A DNA stretch of 64,000 bases from an uncultured virus (IMG/VR IMGVR_UViG_3300025151_004056) (taxonomy: Duplodnaviria > Heunggongvirae > Uroviricota > Caudoviricetes). The position numbers and the translations under genes are program-made. The stretch is from IMG/VR virus record IMGVR_UViG_3300025151_004056; one strand, given 5' to 3'. This document shows positions 1 through 9,776 of the stretch, in pieces. The notes beneath the pieces were generated by a model. The model saw only the letters and a program-made list of their open reading frames with translations. It was not told the DNA's origin and searched no databases. The first letter of the stretch is position 1. Each line of letters starts with the position of its first letter.

Positions 1-336
1 TTCGTCAAGTTGTTCTGCTTCTTGCATTTCTTGACCGATTTGTAATTCGCCTTTATCGATTGCTTGTGACATTTGATTAGCAACTGCTGGATTGGTAACA
101 GTACCAATTGCTTGACCGTCTTTATGAATTGTTTGAGCACCAGGCTTCGCCGGCTCTAGTGAAAGTTCTTCAAACATATTTTTTAACGAAGGTACTTGAA
201 CTCCTTCGACAACTTCTACTGTTTCAACTTCAGTTGATTCAGTTAGTATGTCTGCTGGTTTGCTAGGAGTAGTTTCAATAACAGTTTCTTTTTCAGATAC
301 TTTATCGAACTTGTTTAAGATGTCTTTAAAATCCAT
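1..336 (-). CDS. Partial hypothetical, probably virion/head protein (runs off window start)
   Basis: ATG at 336 preceded by AAGGAAG; open frame MDFKDILNKFDKVSEKETVIE... to window edge; acidic. Confidence 0.7.
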   Translation of the reverse strand, partial: MDFKDILNKFDKVSEKETVIETTPSKPADILTESTEVETVEVVEGVQVPSLKNMFEELSLEPAKPGAQTIHKDGQAIGTVTNPAVANQMSQAIDKGELQIGQEMQEAEQLDE

Positions 337-346
337 AATGTCTTCC

Positions 347-973
347 TTAGTACCCTGCTGATGTCTCAGGTTTAGGTCCTCTTTTAATGTCAGTCATCGG
401 ACTCTTTTGACCTTTAATTGAATCATCTGACCAAGGCTTCCAAGGATCAAAAGAATCTTTAGTGTTCTTTTGATCTGCAGGTAAACCTACTTTACCTACG
501 TTTTTGTGTTCTGCATGTTTATGAATGCTGTCTAAGTACTTATCACCGTATGCTTCACTGGCTTCTTTTCCATTGTCATTCATTTCTTCATGTTGTAAGA
601 GAGGTGTGTCTTCCATTTCATTTTCGTATCCAACCATTTCTTTGTCGATACTATCATCAAATGCTGTATTAACTAATCTTACGTAATTAATATTATGACC
701 TAACAATTGTGCTAATTGTTGTACCATTGGTTCTGTTACGGGATATGCAAACTCACACTTAAAGATGTGTACTGGTTCGTTTGATAAATTAGGAAAACCA
801 TATGGTGATTTCATAATAGGAGTTGAAGTTGGGCCTTTGATTTCTTTAGGCTCAAACTTGTTTAAGTTATGTTTAAATAACTCTAAGAAATTTTTACTAC
901 AGTCGCCAGCAATTTTGATTGTACAATCGTAAGTGTGAACTGACTCTGCAATGTAATGTTTTAAACTTTTCAT
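347..973 (-). CDS. Hypothetical late protein, possible internal head protein
   Basis: 208 aa; N-terminus MKSLKHYIAE resembles T4 internal-protein capsid targeting sequence; late box upstream. Confidence 0.65.
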   Translation of the reverse strand: MKSLKHYIAESVHTYDCTIKIAGDCSKNFLELFKHNLNKFEPKEIKGPTSTPIMKSPYGFPNLSNEPVHIFKCEFAYPVTEPMVQQLAQLLGHNINYVRLVNTAFDDSIDKEMVGYENEMEDTPLLQHEEMNDNGKEASEAYGDKYLDSIHKHAEHKNVGKVGLPADQKNTKDSFDPWKPWSDDSIKGQKSPMTDIKRGPKPETSAGY

Positions 974-1001
974 ATTGTATAGTTCCCGTATAATATATTT
1001 A

Positions 1002-1487
1002 TCATTCTTCGTTGTTTTTTGTAGTTAGAACTCGCAGTAATTCATTGCGATCTAAATTTTGGGCGCCGTCCCCCAAAGGTATATTATCTATCTTTTCTTC
1101 CATTTTTGCTTGTCGTTGATCTAATGTTGCTTTCTTTAATTGTAGATCAATCATCTTTAACTTCTTGTTTAACTTAGCAGTTTTAGCGGTTATAGCATGA
1201 TTGAGCATATTACTAGCAACACTAAAAATGTCGCCACTAAAACGTGAATCAACTTGCATTCCTAAGTCCATTAAGTCTTGGAAACTAGTTTCTGCTTTCT
1301 TACTCAGTTCATCCATTTCTCTGTCTGATGCTTCTAGTCCTCTTACTGTGGGTAAAGCAGTTTCAATCTTTTCTAAATTAGTCAATGCTTCTTTAGTAAC
1401 TTCTTCTGCTACTCCTGGAATAGGTTCATTCAGTTCATTTTCTTCACTGGATGCAATATCAAATAATTCTTCAAGTTTCTTTGTCAT
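1002..1487 (-). CDS. Hypothetical helical/coiled-coil phage protein
   Basis: 161-aa ORF in morphogenesis cluster; late box 5 nt before ATG. Confidence 0.6.
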   Translation of the reverse strand: MTKKLEELFDIASSEENELNEPIPGVAEEVTKEALTNLEKIETALPTVRGLEASDREMDELSKKAETSFQDLMDLGMQVDSRFSGDIFSVASNMLNHAITAKTAKLNKKLKMIDLQLKKATLDQRQAKMEEKIDNIPLGDGAQNLDRNELLRVLTTKNNEE

Positions 1488-1499
1488 ATATCTATTTAG

Positions 1500-1946
1500 T
1501 TACTTTCCACGTCCATTGTAGAAAAGGTCATCTTCTGTAACTACTCTAAATTTAATACCCTGTGCTTTACAGAATGCTTGTGCTGATTTCCATTTAGCAT
1601 GATTAATAGCAATTGTTGCTCGTTGCTTTGCATTTTTAACTTTTTCTGTTATAATACTTTCTGCTTTAGGTTTTATTTCTATTAACTCTGCGTTTGTTCT
1701 TCCGTATTTGTCTTGGTAAACAATAAAAAAGTCTGGTACATAGTTAGTACGTCTGCCTTTAAAAGGATGCAAATAAGGAATAACGATAGATTCACTAGCC
1801 CACTTGATCACTTTGTCATTAGTATCGCAAAAGATCATAAATGTAAGTTCCCAGCCCGAACGATACTTGGGCTTACCTTTCCCTACATATTTGTGTGGAT
1901 TTCTTACAGTATAGATACCTTGTGCGTATTTTTTTCTACGAGGCAC
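1500..1946 (-). CDS. Head completion nuclease (T4 gp4-like, TnsA-type PD-(D/E)XK)
   Basis: KYVG..YRSGWE, WASE, YVPDF, LIEIKP, N.AKW..A, FRVVTE motifs. Confidence 0.9.
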   Translation of the reverse strand: MPRRKKYAQGIYTVRNPHKYVGKGKPKYRSGWELTFMIFCDTNDKVIKWASESIVIPYLHPFKGRRTNYVPDFFIVYQDKYGRTNAELIEIKPKAESIITEKVKNAKQRATIAINHAKWKSAQAFCKAQGIKFRVVTEDDLFYNGRGK

Positions 1947-1955
1947 TTGTTACCC

Positions 1956-2333
1956 CTATGGCAATATGTTGCGTTGTACTGCTTGATTAGGAGCAGGCAC
2001 TTTTGATACTCCATACAATGCTGTTTTTGACTTTAATAAATTGAGATAAAAAGCCATTTCTGTGTTAACTTGTATTGCTGTTTCTACATTAGTTTTAAAG
2101 TAATCCATAAAGATTTGAATGTTTGTGCCTGTTTGTTGCGATATTCTAAACAATGTTGTTGCAAACTGTGATGCAGTTTGTTTAGTTCTTTCTGATTCAG
2201 GATTGCCTTTTAAGACACCTAAGAAATATGAATAAACAGAGTCCCAATCACTAGCATTGACTTTTAATGGCACACTATAAAATGTGTCAAAAATTTCTAA
2301 TGTGTTTTCACGAGGTGTTAATTGTAATGCCAT
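1956..2333 (-). CDS. Hypothetical protein
   Basis: 125-aa ORF coupled to the upstream gene. Confidence 0.6.
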   Translation of the reverse strand: MALQLTPRENTLEIFDTFYSVPLKVNASDWDSVYSYFLGVLKGNPESERTKQTASQFATTLFRISQQTGTNIQIFMDYFKTNVETAIQVNTEMAFYLNLLKSKTALYGVSKVPAPNQAVQRNILP

Positions 2334-3508
2334 TATGTTGCGCCTCCCGTGCCGCCACTTTGTGCGCCTGCATTAGGCGGAGTTTCTTGTGTGTTGGCGT
2401 TATTGGCGCCAGTAACTATGCCTTGGTTAGCAATGTTTACCATCGATGGTGTTGCACCATCAGTAGGAGTTGCAGTATCTCCACTGTTTCCTAAACCTAA
2501 TGCACCTAAAACTGCATCAGTTATTCCATCTGTTGCCGCATCAATTGCACTATCTACGATTCCGTCTATGTTTTGCCCTATCTGTAATACGTCTCTGATA
2601 GTATCTAATGTGTCACCACTGCCTAAGTTTGATATTCTATCTATTAAATCAAAAGGATTATTTCCGCCTTGTTCAAGTGGGCTTTCTCTGCGGTCATAAC
2701 TATCTGGTCCTGCAAAACCTACTACTTCCTCTGATCCTTCACTGTCTGGACCTATGTCACCGATTTCTCCTGTATTATATACAACAGTTTCATAATCGAT
2801 AGTCATTCTATTTTGCATTGTGCCGCCACCGTCTCCATAATCATATGTGTCATGGTCAAATGATGTAATGATTGGATTAATTAAAGTGTACGCAATATAT
2901 TGACCTGCCCACAAACCATATACTGTAATATTATTAAAGAAAGGAACTTTTTCTCCGCCGTCTGCTCTATTGCCACCTTCGCCTCGGGCATCTCCCCTAT
3001 AACCATATTCAGTATCACCTGATATTGATGGATCATAAATGTTACGTCTATTATAATCTTTTACAGCCGGCGCATTAGCAAAAGGAGCAACAATAGGATT
3101 CCAAGAATCTGCATAATTATATCTGTAATATGCGTCCCACATTGCAGTAATTTGTGATGCATTATCATCATGGAAAGTTATTTCTATCGGTTGATATTTA
3201 ATTTTTGATTGAATCAAACGTTTTCTATTGTATTGATTCATTTCTGTTACATCCATGTTGAATGTAGGGAGTTTAATTTGTTTGACTAATAAGCCGTAGT
3301 TTTGTCCTGTTGGCGGTTCATATGCTGTAGGATTAATTTGAAACCAAGTATGGAAAGTAAATTTGACTTTACCTGCATTACCTTGTCCACCCGGCAAGAA
3401 ATTTTTTGCCGCATGTGAATAGTCACGCAGGTATACTCGACCCAATAACTGATCAAGTATTCCAGTCTGTACTGATTCTAATGCTCTATCTACTGGTCCT
3501 GATGCCAT
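2333..3508 (-). CDS. Tail tube-like baseplate/tube initiator protein (gp54/gp48-like)
   Basis: VKQIKLPTF..NQYNRKR..YQPIEITFHDD..MTIDYE tube-fold pattern; adjacent to tube gene. Confidence 0.65.
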   Translation of the reverse strand: MASGPVDRALESVQTGILDQLLGRVYLRDYSHAAKNFLPGGQGNAGKVKFTFHTWFQINPTAYEPPTGQNYGLLVKQIKLPTFNMDVTEMNQYNRKRLIQSKIKYQPIEITFHDDNASQITAMWDAYYRYNYADSWNPIVAPFANAPAVKDYNRRNIYDPSISGDTEYGYRGDARGEGGNRADGGEKVPFFNNITVYGLWAGQYIAYTLINPIITSFDHDTYDYGDGGGTMQNRMTIDYETVVYNTGEIGDIGPDSEGSEEVVGFAGPDSYDRRESPLEQGGNNPFDLIDRISNLGSGDTLDTIRDVLQIGQNIDGIVDSAIDAATDGITDAVLGALGLGNSGDTATPTDGATPSMVNIANQGIVTGANNANTQETPPNAGAQSGGTGGAT

Positions 3509-3550
3509 ATATTTCTCCTACAAGAGTATTTATCTAAACTATATACCCAT

Positions 3551-3578
3551 AAAAAAACCGGTCGAAACCGGCTTTTTT
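3551..3578 (-). terminator. Intrinsic terminator with UUCG loop after tail tube gene
   Basis: Minus strand GCCGGT-TTCG-ACCGGT followed by T run; A/T runs on both sides. Confidence 0.85.
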
Positions 3579-3598
3579 ATTTAAAATAATTCTAATAC

Positions 3599-4246
3599 TT
3601 ACGTAGCAGTACCAATCTGACTTGGGAATGTCTGTAAACCAGACTGTCCAACACCAGCACCCGGTACGCCGTTTAGATCGCCGCCAGCATTTGTCTGGAC
3701 TGCGTTATCGTAACGTAGAGTCATAGCAATAGTCACTGCATCAGATGTACCATAGTTTAGAGTCTGATAGTTTGCTTGTTGTAAGAAACAACCTGCTAAT
3801 GACCAGTTTTCTAATACTGTTGGTGTATTGATACCGTTACCACCGTCTAAGATTTGAATTTCAGTTTCAAATTTATAATCTCCGCCTGCTGCCGCTGAAG
3901 ACTGCTCGTAGAAATCTAATTGACGTTGTAACTGAGCACCAACTGCTTTGGATACATTACCAGAAGCATCGTCTCTGACGTTGATAGCAAGTGTTTGCCA
4001 TGTGTGTTTACCAGCAAGATAGACACGTGAGTTGTACACGTTCATAGTGATTTCATCAAACTGAACTTGTGGTCTCGCACAATCTACTACTTGTCTAGTA
4101 AGAATAAGTGAAGAATCATCGTCAAAACCAAAATTAATAAAGTTCACACGGAATCTATATTGAAGTTTTGGCATCAACAAGTTTTGGTTAGCGCCTCCCT
4201 CAGGTTGTACCGAAAGTTTTGCTAATGTATCTGAGGCTGTTGCCAT
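3599..4246 (-). CDS. Tail tube protein (gp19-like)
   Basis: PKLQYRFRV, YLAGKHTWQTLAINVRDD, MTLRYDNA; directly downstream of sheath. Confidence 0.85.
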   Translation of the reverse strand: MATASDTLAKLSVQPEGGANQNLLMPKLQYRFRVNFINFGFDDDSSLILTRQVVDCARPQVQFDEITMNVYNSRVYLAGKHTWQTLAINVRDDASGNVSKAVGAQLQRQLDFYEQSSAAAGGDYKFETEIQILDGGNGINTPTVLENWSLAGCFLQQANYQTLNYGTSDAVTIAMTLRYDNAVQTNAGGDLNGVPGAGVGQSGLQTFPSQIGTAT

Positions 4247-4296
4247 TGTTAATCTCCTGTTTTAATATATCTTAATATATATTTATCTTTTTAATT

Positions 4297-4318
4297 CAGA
4301 GAGGCCGAAGCCTCTCTG
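4297..4318 (-). terminator. C(UUCG)G hairpin between sheath and tube genes
   Basis: CAGAGAGGC-TTCG-GCCTCTCTG perfect 9-bp stem on minus strand; weak U tract, so may be a stability element. Confidence 0.7.
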
Positions 4319-4331
4319 TATATCTTTTTTA

Positions 4332-7300
4332 TTAAGATCCTGATAACTCACCAGTGTTGAATATTCTGACCGGAACGTAGATAAACTCAGCGGCTTTCAC
4401 GGGCTCTACTGCTATGTCAATCCAAAGTTCATTTCGATCAATTCTTGCTGGAGTGTTGTTAGAATCATCACAAACTACTGAGTAGTCATATAATCCTCGT
4501 TTTGAAACTAGATCCTGGAACAATGATTCGACTACTGCTTTAATAGACTTTCTTGTTTGAGGGTCATTAGGTTCAAAGACAAATGGTCTTGCGGCTAATA
4601 TTAATTGTCTACGTATGTAAGCAACTAATCTTGCTACGTTTACTCTGTCTAATGCAGATGATGAATCAAATGAAGTTTTGTTACCATAGTTCAATAATCC
4701 ATTACCTGTAAAGAATACCATTGGGTTAATAAAGTTAGTGTATAACACATCTCTAATACCAATACGTGTTCTGATTGAGTTAAACTCGCCTTCGTCATCG
4801 ATGTATCCGATGCTTGTAGCATTATCGATTATACCACGTCTAGTACCTGCTGGTGCTAACCAAGGATAAGCAATATTGTCATTACGCAACATAGTTCTTG
4901 TCATCATGTGTGATGATGGAACAGCAACTAAGTTACCTGATAGATCACTAGTGATACCTGATGGATAGAACAGACCCATATAAGTATTTCTACTTACAAG
5001 TCCGTCTTCACCTGTAGTTGTTGCACCTGCGGCGTTAGTTGCCCAAGCCTGAATTTCAGTTGCATCATCTTTCAATCTCATTGGTGTATCACCAACAATG
5101 TAAGAAGTCTCACCTCTATCAGAGTTCAATGCTATCATGTTAGGCTGTAGTTCAGGATAACCTGGAGTTGCTTGTAAGTTGAAGTAGTTATCTTCATCTC
5201 TGATTGCAACGTTAGAGTCAATTGCTGAACGTAATGCTTGTGTTACCATTGATCTTTGTGCTTTACGACCTGCGTTCATTGAACCGTCAGACGCATCGCC
5301 TGAAGCAGATACCCATGCATCTTTTTGTACTGGTAAAGTATCAGATGGGAATCTGTCACTGTTAAAGTAGTTTACACGATACTGCTTAACGTTGTATGAA
5401 GAACGTCTTGTGTTCCAAAGCAACATACCTTGTGGGTAGTTACCTGATAAAGGAGCATCAATATCTAAGTAATCACTTCCTAACAATGATTTGATAGTTG
5501 GTATCGGATCATTTGCAGGGTTAGTTGTTCCGTTAGTTGCCCAACGTGCATCTTTAAATAAGATACCTTGTGGTGTAGTTTGATCAGAGTTGTCGATTAA
5601 GACCCACTTATCAGTAGCACTACCGCCACCTGTTGCTGGAACTGACTGCCATCTGTATAGTAACGGATAGTTCTCTAAGTCAGAAGTATCTAACCAAAGA
5701 TCACCGTATACTAATGCTGAGCCGTCACTTTGAAGTGTAGGCTCACTAGCAGATACTAAAGGTCCTGCTGGATCAGTTGCATTTACGACTGATGGGCTAG
5801 GTAATCCGTTTGAATCATAACCTTGTTGACTATAACCTTTCCAACCACCGTCATAATTGATCATAATGTCTACTTGATCAGTTGATGAGTAGTACCAGTT
5901 AGTCATGTTGCTAGGTATTGCAGTTGGTGCACCTTCATTTGCTGTTAATGAATCAGCGCCTGTAGTAGTTAATGAGAACTCTCTCCAGTTAGATAACTGA
6001 GTTGTGAACGCATCTGCGCCAGTACCTGTGCTTAAAGTATAAGATGTAACAACACCTGCTGTAACACTTGTGACTTTTACTTGTAAATCATTTGCTGGTG
6101 AAGCACCGCCTAAGTCTGTACCTAAGAAAGTAACTACGTCACCTACAGCATGACCTGTACCACCGTTTACTACTGCATCTGGATCAAAGTCATAGTAACC
6201 ATAATCATTAGTTACTTGGATTGATAAACCAGTACCTGCGCCTGATGAAGAATCCTGTACAGGTTGAAACCCGATGTCATCTCTAAATGGTCCAGTCTTA
6301 CAACCTGCTGTGTTAACAGTAAATCCTGCTTCTGCAAATAAACCACTTGAAATACCTGTGTTGTTATCAAAATCATCTAAGATTATAACACCACCTGAAG
6401 TGTGTTGAATTTGAATTGAACCATCATCGTTTACACTTGCTGAAGTGTAAGGAATGTTCGCCGCTGACCATGCAGTTACAAAGTCAGATGCATCAGTAGC
6501 ATCACCTAAGTTAAATGTATAAGGGCTACTTAATGTAGATGAACCTGGAGTTGAAATTTGAACTCTTGCTACATATGGTCCTGAAGTAAAGTCTGGTGCA
6601 GTGTTTGTACCGTTAACTACTGTTGCGCCAGTTGCTATTCTATAGAAGTAGTATACTGGAGCCGCTGTGTACTCACCGTTAAATCCATATTGTGCATAAA
6701 CACTTCCTGCTGGAATTGCTTGTCCACCTGTTGAGTCTGCTGAATAGATTTGTGCCCAATCAGAGTCTGCAAAAGTAGGTGTCTTAGGAATGTATGAAGA
6801 TGATGTAGAATCATATTCAGCAATTACTGGTTGTAATCCTGTTCCGTCAACCTTAATCCATACAGAACCAGTTGGAGCAGGCTGAGCCTGTCCTGATTGC
6901 CATAATGGCTGTTGAGCAGATGTACCATATAATGCTCTTGGCTGGAAGCCAGTTACGTTAGTACCTGTAAATCCTAAGTCAGTAAAGATAGTACCTGTTG
7001 CGTTAGCAAGTCTAATGTAGAATGGTTGCTCAGGAGTACCTTGATCTCCACCTGTCTGTGAAGAATAAATTTCAAGTTTATTATCAATTACTGCCGCTGA
7101 AACATATTCCCAACCTAATGAGTTAATATCTGCCGCTAACTGAGAAATAGTATTGTTAGGAGCCGCTGATACAGTAAGTTGTGCTAAGTTTGTACCATTA
7201 ACGATCAGGTCAATTGTATCACCTTGTGTTAATGTAGGATTAGATGTAGGTGCTGTGATTGAAGGCCATGCCTTAAACCAATCTTCTGAATCTAAACCAA

Positions 7301-7940
7301 CCCATGTGTTCTGACGATTCTTGTACCAATATGTAGGTGCATTGTCGTTGTTAGGGTTTCTGTAATTAGGGATTGCAACTACTGCATAGTCACCGATGTT
7401 TCCTACTGATTGTAGAGGTGTACCTACTGACACTAAAGTAGAGTCAGAGATAACGATTGGTGCTTTTGCTGTAAATGCTCCTGTTGTTGAATTAAACTCA
7501 TTGATTCCCCATGTAGAAGAAGTTGTGTTTAACCAAAACGAACCGTTTTGAGGTGCCCCTGTTGGACGACCTGTTGATCCTACTAAACTTGCTAGATCAA
7601 CGTCTGCTCTTAATACAAATACTTGATTTGAAATACCAAGTGCTGAGTAAGCCGCTAATAGTCCATATTCATTTAACTCATAGCCTTGTAACGGAGTACC
7701 GTTTGCCGCTGTGTAAAAGAATGGGTTACCGTATAAAGTAACTAGATCACGTTGAGAAGTTACTCTGTATAATTTACCTGCGTTTGCGGCTGTTGTGGCT
7801 GCCGCAGTTGCTGTTGATGTTGGATCCGCTTTATCTTGTGCTGTTGCTAACAAGAAGAAGGGAATCGATGCTGTTGCGCCTGGCAAGTATTGACTTTCAT
7901 CAATGATGCTTACTTCTACGCCTGGTGATGTTAGTGCCAT
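4332..7940 (-). CDS. Contractile tail sheath protein (gp18-like) with large insertions
   Basis: N-term LTSPGVEVSIIDES; C-term PWLAPAGTRRG, ALDRVNVARL, FEPND, VVCDDSNNTPARIDRNEL, PVKAAEFIYV. Confidence 0.95.
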   Translation of the reverse strand: MALTSPGVEVSIIDESQYLPGATASIPFFLLATAQDKADPTSTATAAATTAANAGKLYRVTSQRDLVTLYGNPFFYTAANGTPLQGYELNEYGLLAAYSALGISNQVFVLRADVDLASLVGSTGRPTGAPQNGSFWLNTTSSTWGINEFNSTTGAFTAKAPIVISDSTLVSVGTPLQSVGNIGDYAVVAIPNYRNPNNDNAPTYWYKNRQNTWVGLDSEDWFKAWPSITAPTSNPTLTQGDTIDLIVNGTNLAQLTVSAAPNNTISQLAADINSLGWEYVSAAVIDNKLEIYSSQTGGDQGTPEQPFYIRLANATGTIFTDLGFTGTNVTGFQPRALYGTSAQQPLWQSGQAQPAPTGSVWIKVDGTGLQPVIAEYDSTSSSYIPKTPTFADSDWAQIYSADSTGGQAIPAGSVYAQYGFNGEYTAAPVYYFYRIATGATVVNGTNTAPDFTSGPYVARVQISTPGSSTLSSPYTFNLGDATDASDFVTAWSAANIPYTSASVNDDGSIQIQHTSGGVIILDDFDNNTGISSGLFAEAGFTVNTAGCKTGPFRDDIGFQPVQDSSSGAGTGLSIQVTNDYGYYDFDPDAVVNGGTGHAVGDVVTFLGTDLGGASPANDLQVKVTSVTAGVVTSYTLSTGTGADAFTTQLSNWREFSLTTTGADSLTANEGAPTAIPSNMTNWYYSSTDQVDIMINYDGGWKGYSQQGYDSNGLPSPSVVNATDPAGPLVSASEPTLQSDGSALVYGDLWLDTSDLENYPLLYRWQSVPATGGGSATDKWVLIDNSDQTTPQGILFKDARWATNGTTNPANDPIPTIKSLLGSDYLDIDAPLSGNYPQGMLLWNTRRSSYNVKQYRVNYFNSDRFPSDTLPVQKDAWVSASGDASDGSMNAGRKAQRSMVTQALRSAIDSNVAIRDEDNYFNLQATPGYPELQPNMIALNSDRGETSYIVGDTPMRLKDDATEIQAWATNAAGATTTGEDGLVSRNTYMGLFYPSGITSDLSGNLVAVPSSHMMTRTMLRNDNIAYPWLAPAGTRRGIIDNATSIGYIDDEGEFNSIRTRIGIRDVLYTNFINPMVFFTGNGLLNYGNKTSFDSSSALDRVNVARLVAYIRRQLILAARPFVFEPNDPQTRKSIKAVVESLFQDLVSKRGLYDYSVVCDDSNNTPARIDRNELWIDIAVEPVKAAEFIYVPVRIFNTGELSGS

Positions 7941-8065
7941 AATAATATTCCTTTTGTATGATTTTGAGGGTTACACCCTGATTGTTTTTTCATACTATTA
8001 TTTATCTTGTTGTACAAAAAATTATGGTTTAACATACCTTCGAAGGCATTTTCATAAATATAGTT

Positions 8066-8416
8066 ATGAGTTTACCTAGACCAATTTGCAAAGTCTGCAA
8101 CAGAAAAGTGTGTGCCATTAATTATATTAAGAATGGCAAACGTCATTACAGGAGTATGTGCAACCAATGTGGCAAGGTAAATAAAACAAGAAAGCCTATA
8201 TATCTTTGGCAACGAGCAGGATATGAAAAACAAGACACTTGCTTTTTATGTGGATTTAAAAGTTTATACTCTACGCAAATGGTAGTGTATCATATAGACG
8301 GAAGACCACAGAACACAGACTATACGAACTTAAGAACAATATGCTTAAATTGTATTGAAGTTGTAAAAAGAAAACATGTGATGTGGCACAGAGGAGATTT
8401 AACTGTTGACTATTAA
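8066..8416 (+). CDS. Zn-binding HNH-like protein
   Basis: Four CxxC pairs; HIDG...N...NLRTICLNC; HNH-like but final His absent. Confidence 0.6.
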   Translation: MSLPRPICKVCNRKVCAINYIKNGKRHYRSMCNQCGKVNKTRKPIYLWQRAGYEKQDTCFLCGFKSLYSTQMVVYHIDGRPQNTDYTNLRTICLNCIEVVKRKHVMWHRGDLTVDY

Positions 8417-9019
8417 CTCCATGTGTTTATGTAAGTCATCAATTGTGCCGTTGTTATCAACTTGATAATCATAATCTAATCCAACACTACTATACTCACT
8501 AGCATGAACTCCTAGATCGACTAATCTTGCTAGTGCCTGAGGATTTTCATAATAATTATAATCAACTGCATCATTTAACCATGCAGGCTGTTCTCCTCGA
8601 TTGACTCTGAGTGTAGTTCCACCTGCATTTTTAATTGCTTCTACTTCATTTTTAAATCTGCAATCAGTAATGACTACGTTATCTTCTATTTTACGTAATT
8701 GATTTTCGATAGATGATACCCAGATATCATTGTGAAATGATCGTCTGCCTACTTCAGTTCCCCAATACTGTAGTACCCAACGAGGAGTGAGATGAGGCAT
8801 GTCTAATCGTTTTGCCCACCACTCATCAACTTGTTCTCGCCACTCTCTACTAGATTGAGTTGTTCCTTCTAACATTTCTCTATCCCATCCAAAGATAGCA
8901 GATACGCAATCCTTTAGAGGACCTGCATAACTGAGTTTTCTGAAGCCGTGAAATCTTATAAGATAATCAGCCGCAGTATCTTTGCCACTGCTGATAAGTC
9001 CTGTAATGCCTATAATCAT
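8399..9019 (-). CDS. Deoxynucleoside monophosphate kinase (T4 gp1-like)
   Basis: IIGITGLISSGKDT P-loop, TPRWVLQYWGTE, VVITDCRFKNE, HASE. Confidence 0.92.
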   Translation of the reverse strand: MIIGITGLISSGKDTAADYLIRFHGFRKLSYAGPLKDCVSAIFGWDREMLEGTTQSSREWREQVDEWWAKRLDMPHLTPRWVLQYWGTEVGRRSFHNDIWVSSIENQLRKIEDNVVITDCRFKNEVEAIKNAGGTTLRVNRGEQPAWLNDAVDYNYYENPQALARLVDLGVHASEYSSVGLDYDYQVDNNGTIDDLHKHMELIVNS

Positions 9020-9046
9020 ATGGTAGTCCTGTAGTAAAGTAATAAC

Positions 9047-9075
9047 ATTGTACAGGATTTATAAAAGAATGTCAA
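9047..9075 (-). promoter_or_regulatory. sigma70-type early promoter for dNMP kinase
   Basis: TTGACA-17 nt-TACAAT on minus strand. Confidence 0.8.
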
Positions 9076-9776
9076 GTCTTTTTGGAAAAATGATTTAATA
9101 TTTTATCTATTGCAAACTCATTTATAATAGCGGTATTAGGATGTACGCCATCCTTGAATATATCTGGGTGTGATTTTTTTACGGATAAGATATTTTCATA
9201 CTTAGACATTTCACTTGTTAATATGTCTAAATCTTTAGTTTTGTATGGGTTATTATAATGATCGAAACTTTGAAAATGTGATGTAGGTACCTTATATCCT
9301 ACAATGTCTGACAACAAATCTTCCATTACAAAATCTGCCCAATCATAGTCATTTGGTCTATGTAGTGATGCATGTCCACCTACGATTGCCCACTTAGCAT
9401 TTGGACACATATTTCTTATTTCAGATACTGTCTTGTTAGTTTCAGTCTGCAACCAATCAAGGGTATCTGAAACACTTTCAGTTCCGAAACGGTGAACATA
9501 ATTTGGAATATGTATTGGAAGAAGTTCTTCTCTTCCTAACTCAGTATAAAACCAAATAATCAAATCAACTTCTTTGTACTTGAGCCTATCCTGCAAAAAA
9601 GTTTTCCCTTCATTGAGAGTCTGTAAATTAGTGCCTCCAAATATAGCACAGTTAAAGATTAAATGACCTTTGAATTGGAACCATCTAAGTTTATCATTCT
9701 TAGCACTCCATTGAGCATTGGGTTGTGAGTTGGCGAAATAACAACCCCAACTATCCCCGACAACTAGAATGTTCAT
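9072..9776 (-). CDS. SGNH/GDSL-hydrolase-like protein
   Basis: ILVVGDSW at N-terminus, G.TN block, DGVHPN at C-terminus. Confidence 0.7.
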   Translation of the reverse strand: MNILVVGDSWGCYFANSQPNAQWSAKNDKLRWFQFKGHLIFNCAIFGGTNLQTLNEGKTFLQDRLKYKEVDLIIWFYTELGREELLPIHIPNYVHRFGTESVSDTLDWLQTETNKTVSEIRNMCPNAKWAIVGGHASLHRPNDYDWADFVMEDLLSDIVGYKVPTSHFQSFDHYNNPYKTKDLDILTSEMSKYENILSVKKSHPDIFKDGVHPNTAIINEFAIDKILNHFSKKT

